Source: Clostridiales bacterium (GTDB lineage: Bacteria; Bacillota; Clostridia; Christensenellales; UBA1750). From it: a DNA stretch of 64,000 bases. Below, piece after piece: positions 54,601-55,948 of the stretch. Every line of letters starts with the position of its first letter. Positions within the stretch are counted from its first letter, which is position 1. The notes below the pieces were generated by a model. It was not told the DNA's origin, did not search any database, and saw nothing but the letters and a program-made list of their open reading frames with translations. The stretch spans positions 18,799-82,798 of the forward strand of contig SVHB01000001.1 of the NCBI GenBank assembly GCA_015056005.1. The letters run 5' to 3'. Made by a program: the position numbers and the translations under genes.

Positions 54601-55395
54601 TGTGCTCATATAGACTGCCCCGTCTGCAGATACTTAAAGGCGATCGAACCCGATAAGGCTCTGGCTTACTACCGTATCAAGCTGATCGGTGAAAGCTACG
54701 GCAGGATCAAGGTATCCATCCCCGTGGATGAGATATATAACGGAAAGATACTTACCATTGCTTACTGCGACGACGGTAAGCTCAAGACCGTGGACGCTGT
54801 TGTAAAGGACGGCTATGTGACCTTCATAGCTGATAACTTTGGAGCATTCCTTGTCCTGAACGGCAAATACACCGTCCACACAAGCGGCGAAGGCTATTAT
54901 GAGATGATCTCAGATATCCCGCATCCTCTGAGAGCTGATGTTTACAGGGATGTTGATATCGACGATTGGTACTATCCTTCGATTGCATATTCGGTATTCC
55001 TGGAACTGATCGAAGGGACCTCTCCCGGTTCCTTCGATCCCAATGCGAGCGCGACCGATACCCAGCTTATCAGAATGCTTGAAGGCATCGAAGAACAGAT
55101 CCGCAGGGTAGACAAAGACTATGAAAAACTCGATGTCCGCAATCTGTTTGGTCACGGCTCTAAAGAGGCGCTTGCACAATCCAAAGCGCTTGAAATGCTG
55201 CTTGCTTATGCAAACCTCTCCGGTCATAATGTGAACGAAACCGACGCTGTAAAATGGGCAAAAGAGAAAAATATTATCTCGTCCGACCCGCCGGGCCCCA
55301 TCTCCCGCGCAAACCTCGTTTCCACAGTCCAAAACTATACAAACATCTACGGCCCAAGATTCCTCATAGTCCCTGCTATTTGGACCGATATGTAA
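24520..55395 (+). CDS. Giant (10,291 aa) secreted, SLH-anchored repetitive surface fibre / adhesin-like protein
   Basis: A single uninterrupted 30,876-nt ORF. It has a signal peptide, beta-solenoid-type repeats, a coiled coil and a C-terminal SLH motif. It is followed by a strong terminator. The findings give the detail. Confidence 0.85.
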   Translation: MSMKQNTYQARRGDHLIAKSKGLSKRLALTLIALMLVLLLPVCAFAQGTEGDVPQSGSYGQNTGDGNQTPQPDESQEGSEAEEGQDDQNQSNNQDNSDNQDNSDNQNKSDDLSDDGDQSSNELNNSNSRSIGPEEGSDTGSVLGAVSPGARTVQAGAASAPAASSAPSAQEYEIPEGSAYVAGYETTVYRNNASSNAIQQAIDAALTAGKKVGAGGSDGITIVVNNGVYTGGITITASKANAAADINNSGTQSGTNGSNETVGDEEQTEQLIVNIIASDAFVPNDAGEVDFDEDDKPIVHSNSAGGVQVEGGITVEDVNLLLAGIYLTMKEREKTEAQEASSSTATTNETKNLTRELDSNEIRVKDADSFAYYGTALDDDVEINLTDVAESIVVDSGAGSDKIDLDFTQTPSYTIDTGKPGLENLNDNQGNLIGDVQTLVQNGITTAINETAHAVTNDNKVIVDYTDTRTEVEISLGEGDDELEFKITNSTQIILPGDTNSGGNTTGGTGSSTATSVIVKVDLSASKVTIDAGEGADTVTLEGGMELDSISTTVLQPLLNCIYTAATELSQATTTSSGDRVLPQTEVTVIGGGDDDLVNVDTTLAFSTFRGVDVTYVGGYMDDDGNYVKSDSEFDRLHLTGKVGNSYMESGDNRLTTGTDEKGNVEIYMNANAEVSVLNDALNLSELYAQLKAKLINIDTVTDILKGKVTVEKTAAQMAGEQFKSFTDYVIKDYANGSSFENLSGEDTFLTNVYIKGNDLTVGDVNVANVNLVLSASDSGMNEAGSIKIDGDVYGRNVLLILENTDSHKLTLMENDLQDDDESIAIEASLFDIVSDAAVTITQNGSIKSTDAVDISVSSKQTQGLIPSLEDIIPGYAQMSEQEKSNAMEQMNSASNLNFVAVKTGSALINIIGRITAAAVRAASVSFVDTDATNSALASFGLPLAVGVVVSEAGVNIEGNIETTKGGVTLKADSQVELTTEARSGRLPFTLSVSVVDNKAYVDINENAKITAAGGLYANAYGTVQTRTISTGTTTMPQLSYGTTQADPGTDTSNTPHQKSNTLDVGKSGGFFAVSVVDQDVFAAIRDKASVSTGADLSVRSLAHTHVVNEATSNPNEGGQSMTLDQLMIKIESLFNQVTANMNRGAGTTPGAGAAAQKPRQTNALSNIANKLTGKNNPNTSVNNVVNQGTAGASNGQNTTNSMQMVGALAVTYSGTKNEAYINTTGTVSALGDLSVYASGSMITETLADGSPVKRTSAGTTGNASGLNTTGPKDTTVGGGSYGVVTVPTMNNGTVMITGNPQPLANVNFEVWALPGYVLQSETTGTGATATTKYFITVSGPTGTPQKIYVTIDNAKTEMRTDGYTVYTLAVGQTWTAGNADTVNAVFVPKELTVTINNSNPSMGSAIVTESAASTGSAYYVDKNGDLYVKVKPNAGYTPSVSFTVGSAAAGAPAPESVVAQQVGTDAQGNKIFLIPAARVTGNITVNVDYAGQSTRLAISPTGAVSGKAQIIRTDAAGTQTVLYDNDTATTNILDHTPSNSANPVNVGETLTLTINMSGLKTGTAQKYMQKNTLRFNGSTPIYIKNITFNEQTMTYTCQIVVPAGANITDQAVITWSTTTNKNLAQGTIKNTSTALGVGVAVSVTDYENNAYIASVGGEGIEAGGIEVIAKTANASSSAISKAGFTKADLGLAGALTVNVATAKNNAEIGEGVKKIVLLEGANIKMDSTVAMSNFVTAADAGGIASATTAVTASTTTPTPSVGNAGSGSNGTLNKMGDKDDSVGVGAGIAVGVIGVDVNASIADSVSIIMKDSDKQLGGMDVKASYTGYEKSFAKAGASGGTSIVPVLALDVSGVYVNASTGTKADDPILNFANNVNINASNSIIRNIKADAAAAGTGVGVGGAFIVDVLSDSAYANLGRNVRAKKVNAKASSISRLTANGKASAAGAQNSAAAPSNPSNSNGNTNTNNNSNTNTGNNNTGNNSNGSNGSNTGSGSNSGSNQNGEADDDDLGQAMQNLFNEGEADKIADQNTQAAANMAGLANTNNVNSTNVQNLSANRQKAQTSEGSVQVAASMVVNIQENNSKASIADGITVIATEDIVVNSKNDTDGIISANSAATNSTTGVGVGVAINTVNYENIAYVGAKYIEGKSLTVKAELYETDGKYNVEKLLEKLIKQILEVVQMKTFVNRIVSAATGENVGEDITKFVLDLAQDAYGMTITNDDVKTVVDIIYARIEAALTGEDVEAPSSEEYEELIGAVISFVSDYITQGMTLQDVFGNKGWQNLISEITNNIKDKKQRQAIIDTATLALAAALGSNDELDGIGSRISATAVSGVGASNVGVAGSLALSVVNGVTKAIVSDFSGGTVNVPEGDIIITADGAQTVYTTATSSLDYKGSGDKNKAALLGSTASQNGAQTPAGGSGNNNSGSTTTSTSTSAAPATRTPTGNAATNTTQTGKTVGVGAAIAMAFADMTVHAGIGAGRSIAARSIDIQAIEQNNLETISVAGTDPIARSNANNSTNVGSVVIPNTTAKDISVDASVSVGLIDNDVKAYIGSENNNSSINLTGGDTVATDKENETVNLFVFAKQQGETKTGASGFAVGEATAVGAAVALNLAMSEVEASVNADGSVLGKVRVLAQTENYDDANALALAMGADMERYTNKIKGAQNMASVNTNTTNKKVNNRLQQQGQGNVQNQNNANPLSTNALTQNGAQTPALNQQNNNTSTGANLTNNINGAAGSANGSNVGGAVGGAVNGTNLDATAQEPQSVQVAAAVGVNVTDHNALSRISGILSAASFDALVKNNGNFATIATGAAVTTSDNSSTVGAGVAISVNQNSSVSELGGSLTATGGDINADADLTQNMDGVYRGKYGALAVAGAASGGGAAAAAGALAIMVAQGESRVEVKDNTTLSAQNGNVTLKSYDKSKLNAAAMAATISGGSTVGVGASFALLYAENEVMTIVGDDVTVKAKAFTADAKKEAVNISDFGSPVAMKDIITIIPKDQKDYLRPTDDQLGMIVLEQQKDNSYTIQTNLKTENLTDLLQMTSIIGTVNYYAMAVAGTVTGNDMNTQEKAAVAGSVSMLFNESKTKSVLGDRLNVVLIDGDMNVTASSHNNARLIGGSLSASSATAGVGVNVATIVAKDEVVASIGNGSDKDTYKGIEVKNGEVNVTAEAENDTFAITAAAVLSGNEAKATIGGSMNVIVSENKVEAEIGENVKLKASDDVNVHASNNSDLILGSMSVALQNSGSGTVAAGGTVSVTVSDNAAKASVGSGTSIESVNGAVTIGATNDELLLSLLGSVSAAAAGAAGAGTVNVLVTNAKALTTVGDNMTIKANNALKIFADGDSKLVSVLLAAAGAGSADPAVGATILVNVFNRNNSVNIGNYAALSSKTDSVTIEAYGDEKTIMVSVAGGASASSAAVSGNIQVNVGSSRTEATVGDNADIDAYDSIGVTADMDNVVALIAANASLSGGSAAVGATTITTVLNNVVTASVGANGSLNARALKEDGGIKTRNREDKRRGVIVHAFANETNVMLGISGGVSAGGAAVSGVIDTLVITNKVTASVGENTDVISGTESTVDKDGDEKADGESSDGEGDIAVEAYDKTVAINFGGAASVSGGSAAVGATVVSLIFDKDVNASLIGGNIRAAGDVDVSAKSVDDLVLLAVTAGISGGSAAVSIGGNALVFQDEVYATLGGNVVAGRNVSVKAESDSDLVNVAASVAVSGNTGVGGVAVITYFTGETIAKVKAGTSIDAKGVLTVEAISDEFVTADGAGISGGGTAGVSGTVDIIITKLTTQAIIEDSDALDRGEIKAASIKVNAKDNYKLVAVAVSASVGATAGVGVTAMVTVAKNTVTAGIGDNYDVSANGDVDVTATSDREVRTYAGSVGAGGTAGVGVTLMVTIVGGKMDADSHAALYEHFNPNALFKGTTDENGDTDQRGMKQNAPSIAGAYYSSDTLNSDLETDGNKISDTQVGHQVQRKDKDGNLLYLDANGNETTTVTGTPSMEMVYDGANDYRSDEFDEQFEEQRKDENGNLLYLDENGNETTVNTGKPSMETVGKEPGADLTIGSNSDRDAAANIGSYRPSYDPADSTTAFIGNYTNVTTSLGDINVAAYDNVVAEHVTASVGVGASAAGVGVGMAVAVIFGNVVAYVDDGAVLSAQGDVNVIARSGSTAVEAGKGMNDLLESSVKEEAGKNDISFGDLTIRTVSMSAGVGLYAGVGVAIGTTSLISNTQAYIAGNVVKANEVNVKAISNYPSVISGVLSVGGGLVGVAATVSVVTVSGETFAGITGNAQIGQDAGKGTVGNVNVLADADAGALSIGGAASAGGVAVNGVISVVVNRAKVESIIGQGVRLKSTGNVSVKSDVYTTADAILVSMAAGGVAVGVSAAVVVLDTDVMTYAGTTPSDTVSPGAVGAQLGIIEAGSLEVRSDVTTDANAYVASIAGGGVAVNGNILLVFNFTDAKTGINKINVQITGDIDVDANMDTDADSVLASATAGGVAVGVTISYVGLNSKNEAFIDTTGVTVKGNNIDVFAGREYDKNKASADTTAVAGAVGGVAVNLNAAVSDNNAANNAVVKGSGNLNAEGAVNIGANGDATANAQIVGVSAGSISVAGSFAVALLRSEQLAQLKDANVTASSLNVISNLNKDKTTASSTAELITGSGGMLTVTANVAVAYGRNKSYAEASPMTLTINGSGNVNVGSYGNADVLSKTANASVGATTAGVMVNTAYSQSEFKAIMNLPEGSEISANNVNVETVYNADATADLTPSAGGVSVDIASIGANVAVSNADSVGEAAIRGMGTINANNVTAKADGTAISLAAQNAPALAAGVANVAANILVSLLDASNKARIDGVTINNANVNVEALLNDNANVKEGSKAELGSMANASASASASISLVGAAVNTAVANNDSKNEASMTGTAVNAAGKNMTVNANANSYADALVKEATVSAGYISVGVTVTTANANGEFKAFIDNAGKNITASDIDVTNTFIAKANAATSQGILGISAADVSVNAASADAGAKGEAGIKGKGVVTADTVDVLSDGTATSNATIATSNVDVSGVEIATTSVIADLTAQNKAYINDASIKNAQVRVEANLNDGTNEGANAVIGNAFDKLSKVKFSFISANVNTAEAKNNTKNEASMTGASVEAKNKDLDVISNAASIAIAKVREADLSVGYASLGVTVIKAHANGEFQAFIDTTGAVIDVKSIDVTNTYTSKADARTAQASGGFGAKAYGFTTNVAEAKVGTKSEASIKGGGSASASGAVNVQNIGTATADSGVAQNAVSFSGVSIAANTLTSELNAVHKAFIENASVTAGSVSVISEFNKDRNDGALAQLGSAADYIATNVTLAEVAANTATATANATVHAYTENADITVNGGDVNVKVDATSNAIAEVNTPDVSLALVSIGVNVVNANANGDYQAYIDGTRGNINANNVNIHNNYSANARAKTGSSKGGLSVNGGSSQTNVANAQVGIKAGAGVNTERKSGEDETQTAESDDESDSDLTITAAAVSVIADGTAKALANVLTQSNISIAEAAVNRLTAKVNAVQFAQLNDASVTAGSVNVESKFNDGAYEGAEAVLGSATNGNISASAYSLDVNKLTVEMNGESEASIGGANITTTDSGNVNVKNDAKSYAKAYTEAASAELGLVNIGAVSASAKANGKFNAAIKDNSVITANLVNVDNVYTASSDVTVEQPKVGLSFADGRVNLADAITGVESKAYIDSSNVKANGTSFGKSIRVVNDGTATSYATVISPTVSVSVGKLLVSDVNSTVSAKQYAYISGGHINAAGETYVASLFNESNDTTGAVAELGAASFEISGASINTNTADAVISATNEAYVKNASFGSAADKSGKLNILSNAKSYASATYSQGSFGLSGANLGIMLMNANAGGVFEAYLDLTDADVNVSSIDINNTYKSISNALSTQPGGGFSTEVTIVSGNVNKAEAYSSTNASGYITGSGTVSTGAINVSVNGGGSKAEADVDGTNVVSGFSAGGNYAKSELKMVQKAYIAGSGSVNAAGAVNVQSLLNNSQVTSELGSNGGADVSLVSSDAQWSDANAKMQNSAYIGGSVKIDTANNVNVNAQTNNTTVTAKSESNVAVGLAALDVVHTNAKIDGMQTKAYITDSAEVNSNDLIVKAESMNTSLVSHAGVAGTNVSAVSGKKVSANSTVESNTTEAYTGSGTKVNTKNDVTVLADSSTQLRAGTNKSTSVSLAEVGRYEFVINVKSHTSKAYINGKVFAGNNLSVNAKNFVDADSSIDNTSVGAVTSGENKVNMNVTQTAQANIGSGADVEARNNVNINTDARADLNGRINTTGVGLGEKSKGSVRIVWNRNQKIDIGSGARISARYGNMNIISGTQTMPNLNADIDMDGGGVIVAGSGPKTSVTELSNTTVNVGAGANITALFGDLNIKTIDATKAVADSYRDMKGFAGSNQSEADVTVRANSSIYLGTNGAEQAYINGKNTTVLSDILQDLYAHAKSVTGSAGSNTKAYADINAMENNQVIDLNNVFLGGIDNLLVKAMTSKMDNTASSDARIAGAAGKATAKSNVSINNSKNGAAVVAKINMTDKAHLAGQDITIEAGAPNVHSTSLVESSAYAKAKTATNILVRIFTFGRKKNSGESVSETYDLDVTSNVILDGTFHLGGGAAGTFVDIDENGGIHFSGLDDDAFETASDVGTVSGNTVNLKKLYNNDRGNLNVFAYIGERVNSTGDDLTVKMINGAAGSNNGGNIIRHERESGKMVIFDSSFLPNVVIRNRSNKDLVLDNITVSNGKQPRPSLNIDNLTTIYDHEIPKLTVIADEDTDVTINVTSDGSQNPIHDLDVGEGIVNIEMNGGALNTAAGSSLWANKLNVLGAGTIGVDANNRFTVKMVELSEINAYEGFKAQPARTTEISMNSIGDIWADVRHVILNTYPNTVSNPVLVLGGIVSEKGNVDVYISAPGLISAQIGLNTDKDVYYPGRYDNLVLIPGSGDTPVLDKDGKATDYILTADGYLKHKDADTYLNMADLLLYTEGNDSYFLLPNNIMLKTSVVDGKLMFESAEGGSEGISYDFSNVSFELNGDNTISKITFKDEANGYKTIDFATGKVTMNIGQSGGLVYLTRDDKAVAWTLPDGTHIYLKNAFVERDENGSLVEIKPVQIGTSNGNGLYLLETVTAGRTQYHVVELKENKDGTFEFVEGYIYELQMINIGTTTENPDEQTLDEAYAAAKDVVDTFTHDESSSTAQQKAEALADAVKEKISSDWQATVTATPSTVTNADGTSAIRITLSVTIKGVDSEDVQANAITKVLNHAVENDNVGSKTETGSYVNTNNVHSVEFNKETFKDTWLGGRKGRITVLASDGNVTGMTIKNGDFTFETEYNKEIGAYVVKKPAQFGTNWLNAASHKARYEEIADKYFAAESATDENGQATGSFNVYAYSLELVNSGASGKIDGDNYNGGYKAVDGGYLFLDEDKKDSTSVNDGIFYMMGNVIAFTPDGESYAVEVDYARDENGNIINDLTKATLLYGPEMEQARDAHGNLMYTDLTFQYKDPGNNDEIEEFVSDGGDSEYQRIFNMLVEADKAYNLDNGYDINGNGVEDEFIDEQTGEVITEHWEHPYEKSLRPKEISEGVYEYDTSSLPVYTVTDFTQSRKDGKWLYTDSEGNEFTLDYSYAKLAENSDLLTEALNAHGEFAPVYTYPKGTVTISPAGSGGMYVNYMPYTEEGTISFDIPQVNGWGIIDVDTRMVVLDNDVSGLPKGTIIYLETDENNAVINPNRIIAAHLPGGFVRFYEQGTYLGMTDENGKDASVYSEASVNYAHFTKGAKLMAHQAATGVYMIPRSIGQVSLLAANAANPVSGYFHSDYFAVNSEGKLVKLNVSETKTIANGSDTDISSFGFAYPDPESEVLFEGAYISTVYETDGTKVMMYVLERKDGTENTDPTTIVLLPDGIWYASNGKAGALRSTEARNTVEYKEETLIEMTETISGEAIQIVFGGEKTTLNDDESYTGMNGTNVTDSEYANVITNNLRIIATDSGNIFGEGDPLVVKPYSGDKVNIQINSNMQDGAYAGDAYIRTILEAKVKLFDTTVAEGGLIDLDVRNGETTLSNVTVNDTGLLDVDVVEGGNVVMNNVKVIGNGEDTEGTLNVDVQGKGGDIDINTADISGDLNINTAEGDMSIKDGKISGTADLVSSGDGDIVLNKVDVADGGLLNMTTTGNGITDMDDVTVGGGSHINTKVEGSGTGNTTTMDDVTIDGTNDPENVTSSIVHTVSGSGDAVISNAIINNGKLELGIGVDGNVTFNNANVDYGDVDVNIGEDGNVTFNSSDIDNTEADVIVGENGDITFSKSNIDDTNLTVNVGADKDNAGNGNVTFDTTNIGGSIVKVDVDGNGNVSLNNVDMINSDVDVAIGGSGATKLTDVTMDKGSYTQSTAGNGTGDDEIRDFIVKSGAEAVITIGGSSDIDLNDVEVYDDGLMTLTIGSGSVDMGKVDETPDDENDDGTKVYIEGVVNVKVDSGKVNVNDVVMANADDDTASAWLNIVTGNSGGTDNDVIIDNLIADERLNIKTTGGDLLMKDNDSRVVLNASFDETNSTFDIGGNIGAHDNYFKIGYPGELEKDSLTLNIINVIDMFLTQTSDLITDLEDLPHSGRLEGEDEKTEHDEAISDLEDKDKKIYNEIPQQTEEELAQQLTSTGKLTEEELLTLIGGKLKGEEFKNLLNITDESIEGVIAALDELTQEELAQMVNDLMLKGSENEDILLEAKETNVDPMKLKLIESKKYTQSQLGRMTSAQIKQAYEAYYNDKVEEYRDAVKASYKADIEARLSSEDYLTDVQVDYLLDRGLTEDEAAVATLLAAAIKAQKVKTDANGDPIRAIDGEGNMLYIDAEGNLTTEEKAADGSENAPAYVMEVIMSDEDELFPAYWKSLTDEQKKALLESAYDVLDEETYPDPEDETARRDLVIKIGTSNGESYILNIGDITVDQKNGTFTAGEVVSSHGDVTITSDAIEGVADSDKEDVSDPYILNLYSDKLIGGDGKGTDSNIYGENITLTAENGGIGKNTEVVTEQASWIEDTISNILGEDNPPDAYSPDNKGTWAITRNETTGKIEMTFEIDFTAIRDIDIETGTNLNANAVEDIAISELTGDMNAENVVSTNGSVTLKANDGSQMIEKVEAKTDATVIAKEDQDIASIEAETGNAVVNAGGDQNIGSVNAGNDADVKAAGQQDIETVTAGNDATVNAGGDQNVGSVTAGNDISMTAGGDQDVDSAAAGSDVDMTTEGTMYIGTVTAGETVDLTANGDIVDDRDEGETKPNVTTENATMNSKEGSIGEDHDNRIDVDIEGTLTTDSKGDTNLNAIGDLNLTADTDEGQINVDSSGDLTITNTDKYNDGDMNLGAIKAEGDVDITAKGGFELLDKLGRDAQVEGDNIDLTAMDGSIGTKEEPMTVDTADGGVLNADATGGEIVITEVDGDLILDKISSTDNGEIDIVSPGGIEVGTVTSEGGGNVTLEAQNGDITESDKTNNDSIKDAADAAVEAGKAQAKVDGLTDQVEDLTDYVDELTENKDALTGVKDDLDKAKDDQNNAQTALDDAKQAQEDAKKTLSEEEEKLEELKNAENPDENAIKEQQQKVDEAKDAYDDAVSNTKDKEEALKDANEAVKEAESAAKDTLNKVNGNIGDRVEGVDDAKNIDEAIKALEDEISEKTDELNDKSDELNEAKKAAEEANQKAEDLADKAEPSGIDTEGDLNLILGSEDGRASVGTEDNALGATADGVISITTDEGTELEEVHLESGDDVQLAPIETNGKTDITANGDITGASDKDEPIITAPELELNSLGGDIGEEDDPLKISVDEIKAGGENIWIENDKDLKIDEIVADEDVTVIVDGDITGGDNEDDIIGGDVELEAEGDIGTQDDPLNVESDEISAKGDDINLESDSDIVVDEIIASGDVTIDTEGSVTDKDDDSIIYADDLTINAEGGVGTQDNPLDVNVSGTITINGGMGKVYIVNHYVPEEDEFPDVLVHKPTGIIVAGKFSEGAYLYVDHECAHIDCPVCRYLKAIEPDKALAYYRIKLIGESYGRIKVSIPVDEIYNGKILTIAYCDDGKLKTVDAVVKDGYVTFIADNFGAFLVLNGKYTVHTSGEGYYEMISDIPHPLRADVYRDVDIDDWYYPSIAYSVFLELIEGTSPGSFDPNASATDTQLIRMLEGIEEQIRRVDKDYEKLDVRNLFGHGSKEALAQSKALEMLLAYANLSGHNVNETDAVKWAKEKNIISSDPPGPISRANLVSTVQNYTNIYGPRFLIVPAIWTDM
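24796..24849 (+). repeat. Three tandem 18-nt units encoding NQDNSD/NQDNSD/NQNKSD
   Basis: The units are aatcaggataattccgat, aatcaggataactccgat and aatcagaataaatccgat. They are in-frame (6 codons each). Confidence 0.9.
36466..36705 (+). repeat. Internal duplication (147-nt period) encoding QRKD(K/E)(D/N)GNLLYLD(A/E)NGNETT..(T/K)PSME(M/T)V
   Basis: Copy 1 is 36466-36558 and copy 2 is 36613-36705. About 22 of 31 residues are identical, and the nucleotide similarity is clear. Confidence 0.85.
38300..42900 (+). repeat. Higher-order tandem repeat of ~222-246 aa (four base units each), at least 6 copies
   Basis: The marker (K/F)A(Y/F/Q)I(N/E/D)(D/N)AS(V/I)..A..V.V(E/I)..(L/F)N(D/K) recurs at 38413, 39078, 39779, 40455, 41194, 41881 and 42571. 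A second marker, AN(A)NG(E/D)(F/Y)(K/Q)A(F/Y)ID, recurs at about 38724, 39421, 40100, 40783, 41521 and 42210. Confidence 0.8.
48745..50300 (+). repeat. Asp/Asn/Gly-rich short-period (~19-21 aa) repeats
   Basis: An example stretch is GDVDVNIGEDGNVTFNSSDIDNTEADVIVGENGDITFSKSNIDDTNLTVNVGADKDNAGNGNVTFDTTNIGGSIVKVDVDGNGNVSLNNVDMINSDVDVAIGG. Confidence 0.7.
53050..53675 (+). other. Predicted ~208-aa alpha-helical coiled-coil segment
   Basis: AAVEAGKAQAKVDGLTDQVEDLTDYVDELTENKDALTGVKDDLDKAKDDQNNAQTALDDAKQAQEDAKKTLSEEEEKLEELKN...ELNEAKKAAEEANQKAEDLADKAE. Gly and Pro are rare, E/K/D/A/L are abundant, and the spacing is heptad-like. Confidence 0.7.
54943..55083 (+). other. S-layer-homology (SLH) motif, with a further degenerate SLH-like segment to about 55370
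   Basis: YRDVDIDDWYYPSIAYSVFLELIEGTSPGSFDPNASATDTQLIRMLEG fits the SLH consensus ((F/Y)xDV..W....I......G...G.F.P....T..Q...ML). Downstream, AVKWAKEKNIISSDPPGPISRANLVSTVQNY resembles a second, weaker SLH. Confidence 0.65.
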
Positions 55396-55404
55396 CAAAC
55401 CGCA

Positions 55405-55435
55405 AAGCGCACCCCGTATATGGGTGCGCTTTTTG
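55405..55435 (+). terminator. Rho-independent terminator of the giant gene
   Basis: AAGCGCACCC-CGTATAT-GGGTGCGCTT followed by TTTT, beginning 10 nt after the TAA. Confidence 0.85.
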
Positions 55436-55526
55436 CAGAAAGTAAATATTAGCTTGCTTAGTAAAACGTGAAATAGTATACTGATATATGTATATTACAG
55501 AGTTGTTTATAAGAGGTGTGGCTTAA

Positions 55527-55889
55527 ATGGATATTGAACGTGCAAAAGAGATATTGTCTGTTCTTGCTAATGGTGTGAATCCGATAACAGGGGAAATACT
55601 ACCTGAGGATGACAGCTGCAATCAGATCGATGTAGTGAGGGCGATAAATATTGTTTTAAGAGAGCTTAATGGGTATAATAAACGACCCTCAAGAGTATCC
55701 GGAGAGTACGAGAATGCGGGTAAGCCATGGTCTTCTAAAGATGATAAAGAGCTTTGCCGCATGTTTGATGAGGGATATTCAAAAGAAGAATTGTGCAGCC
55801 ATTTTAAGCGTTCACAAGGGGCGCTCGCAGCCAGACTGGTGAGGCTTGGCTGGATCGAAGATAGAAAAGAGTTCAGAAGAAGGCAATAG
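55527..55889 (+). CDS. Small hypothetical protein with a Myb/SANT-like helix-turn-helix C-terminal half
   Basis: 120 aa with RBS AAGAGGTG. GKPWSSKDDKELCRMFDEGYSKEELCSHFKRSQGALAARLVRLGW looks like a three-helix DNA-binding module. I cannot assign a family. Confidence 0.55.
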   Translation: MDIERAKEILSVLANGVNPITGEILPEDDSCNQIDVVRAINIVLRELNGYNKRPSRVSGEYENAGKPWSSKDDKELCRMFDEGYSKEELCSHFKRSQGALAARLVRLGWIEDRKEFRRRQ

Positions 55890-55922
55890 GTTCATACTGT
55901 GTGATATAGATATGTATAAAAG

Positions 55923-55948
55923 AAAAGCTGCCGTATGGCAGCTTTTTT
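55923..55948. terminator. Bidirectional terminator between convergent genes
   Basis: AAAAGCTGCC-GTAT-GGCAGCTTTT, flanked by A and T tracts. It overlaps the stop codon of the minus-strand gene (55947-55949). Confidence 0.8.

Noticed and set aside
27823-54609. Many very long antisense ORFs inside the giant gene, e.g. 34693-36897 (734 aa), 52900-54609 (569 aa), 47395-48930 (511 aa), 39397-40860 (487 aa), 27823-29127, 43714-45009, 31555-32685 and 51367-52464.
   Set aside because: They lie fully within and opposite the 10,291-aa frame. Their translations are low-complexity (C/G/A/I/V-rich) with no motifs or RBSs. They are the expected by-product of a sense strand dominated by GNN/ANC-type codons (Gly, Ala, Val, Asp, Asn, Thr), which rarely produce stops on the complement.
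54595-54609. HECAH in the giant protein formally matches the HEXXH zinc-metalloprotease motif.
   Set aside because: It is embedded in a compact Cys/His cluster (HECAHIDCPVC). It has no surrounding metzincin or gluzincin context: no third ligand motif, no Met-turn and no preceding helix signature. A structural metal or disulfide knuckle is more plausible.
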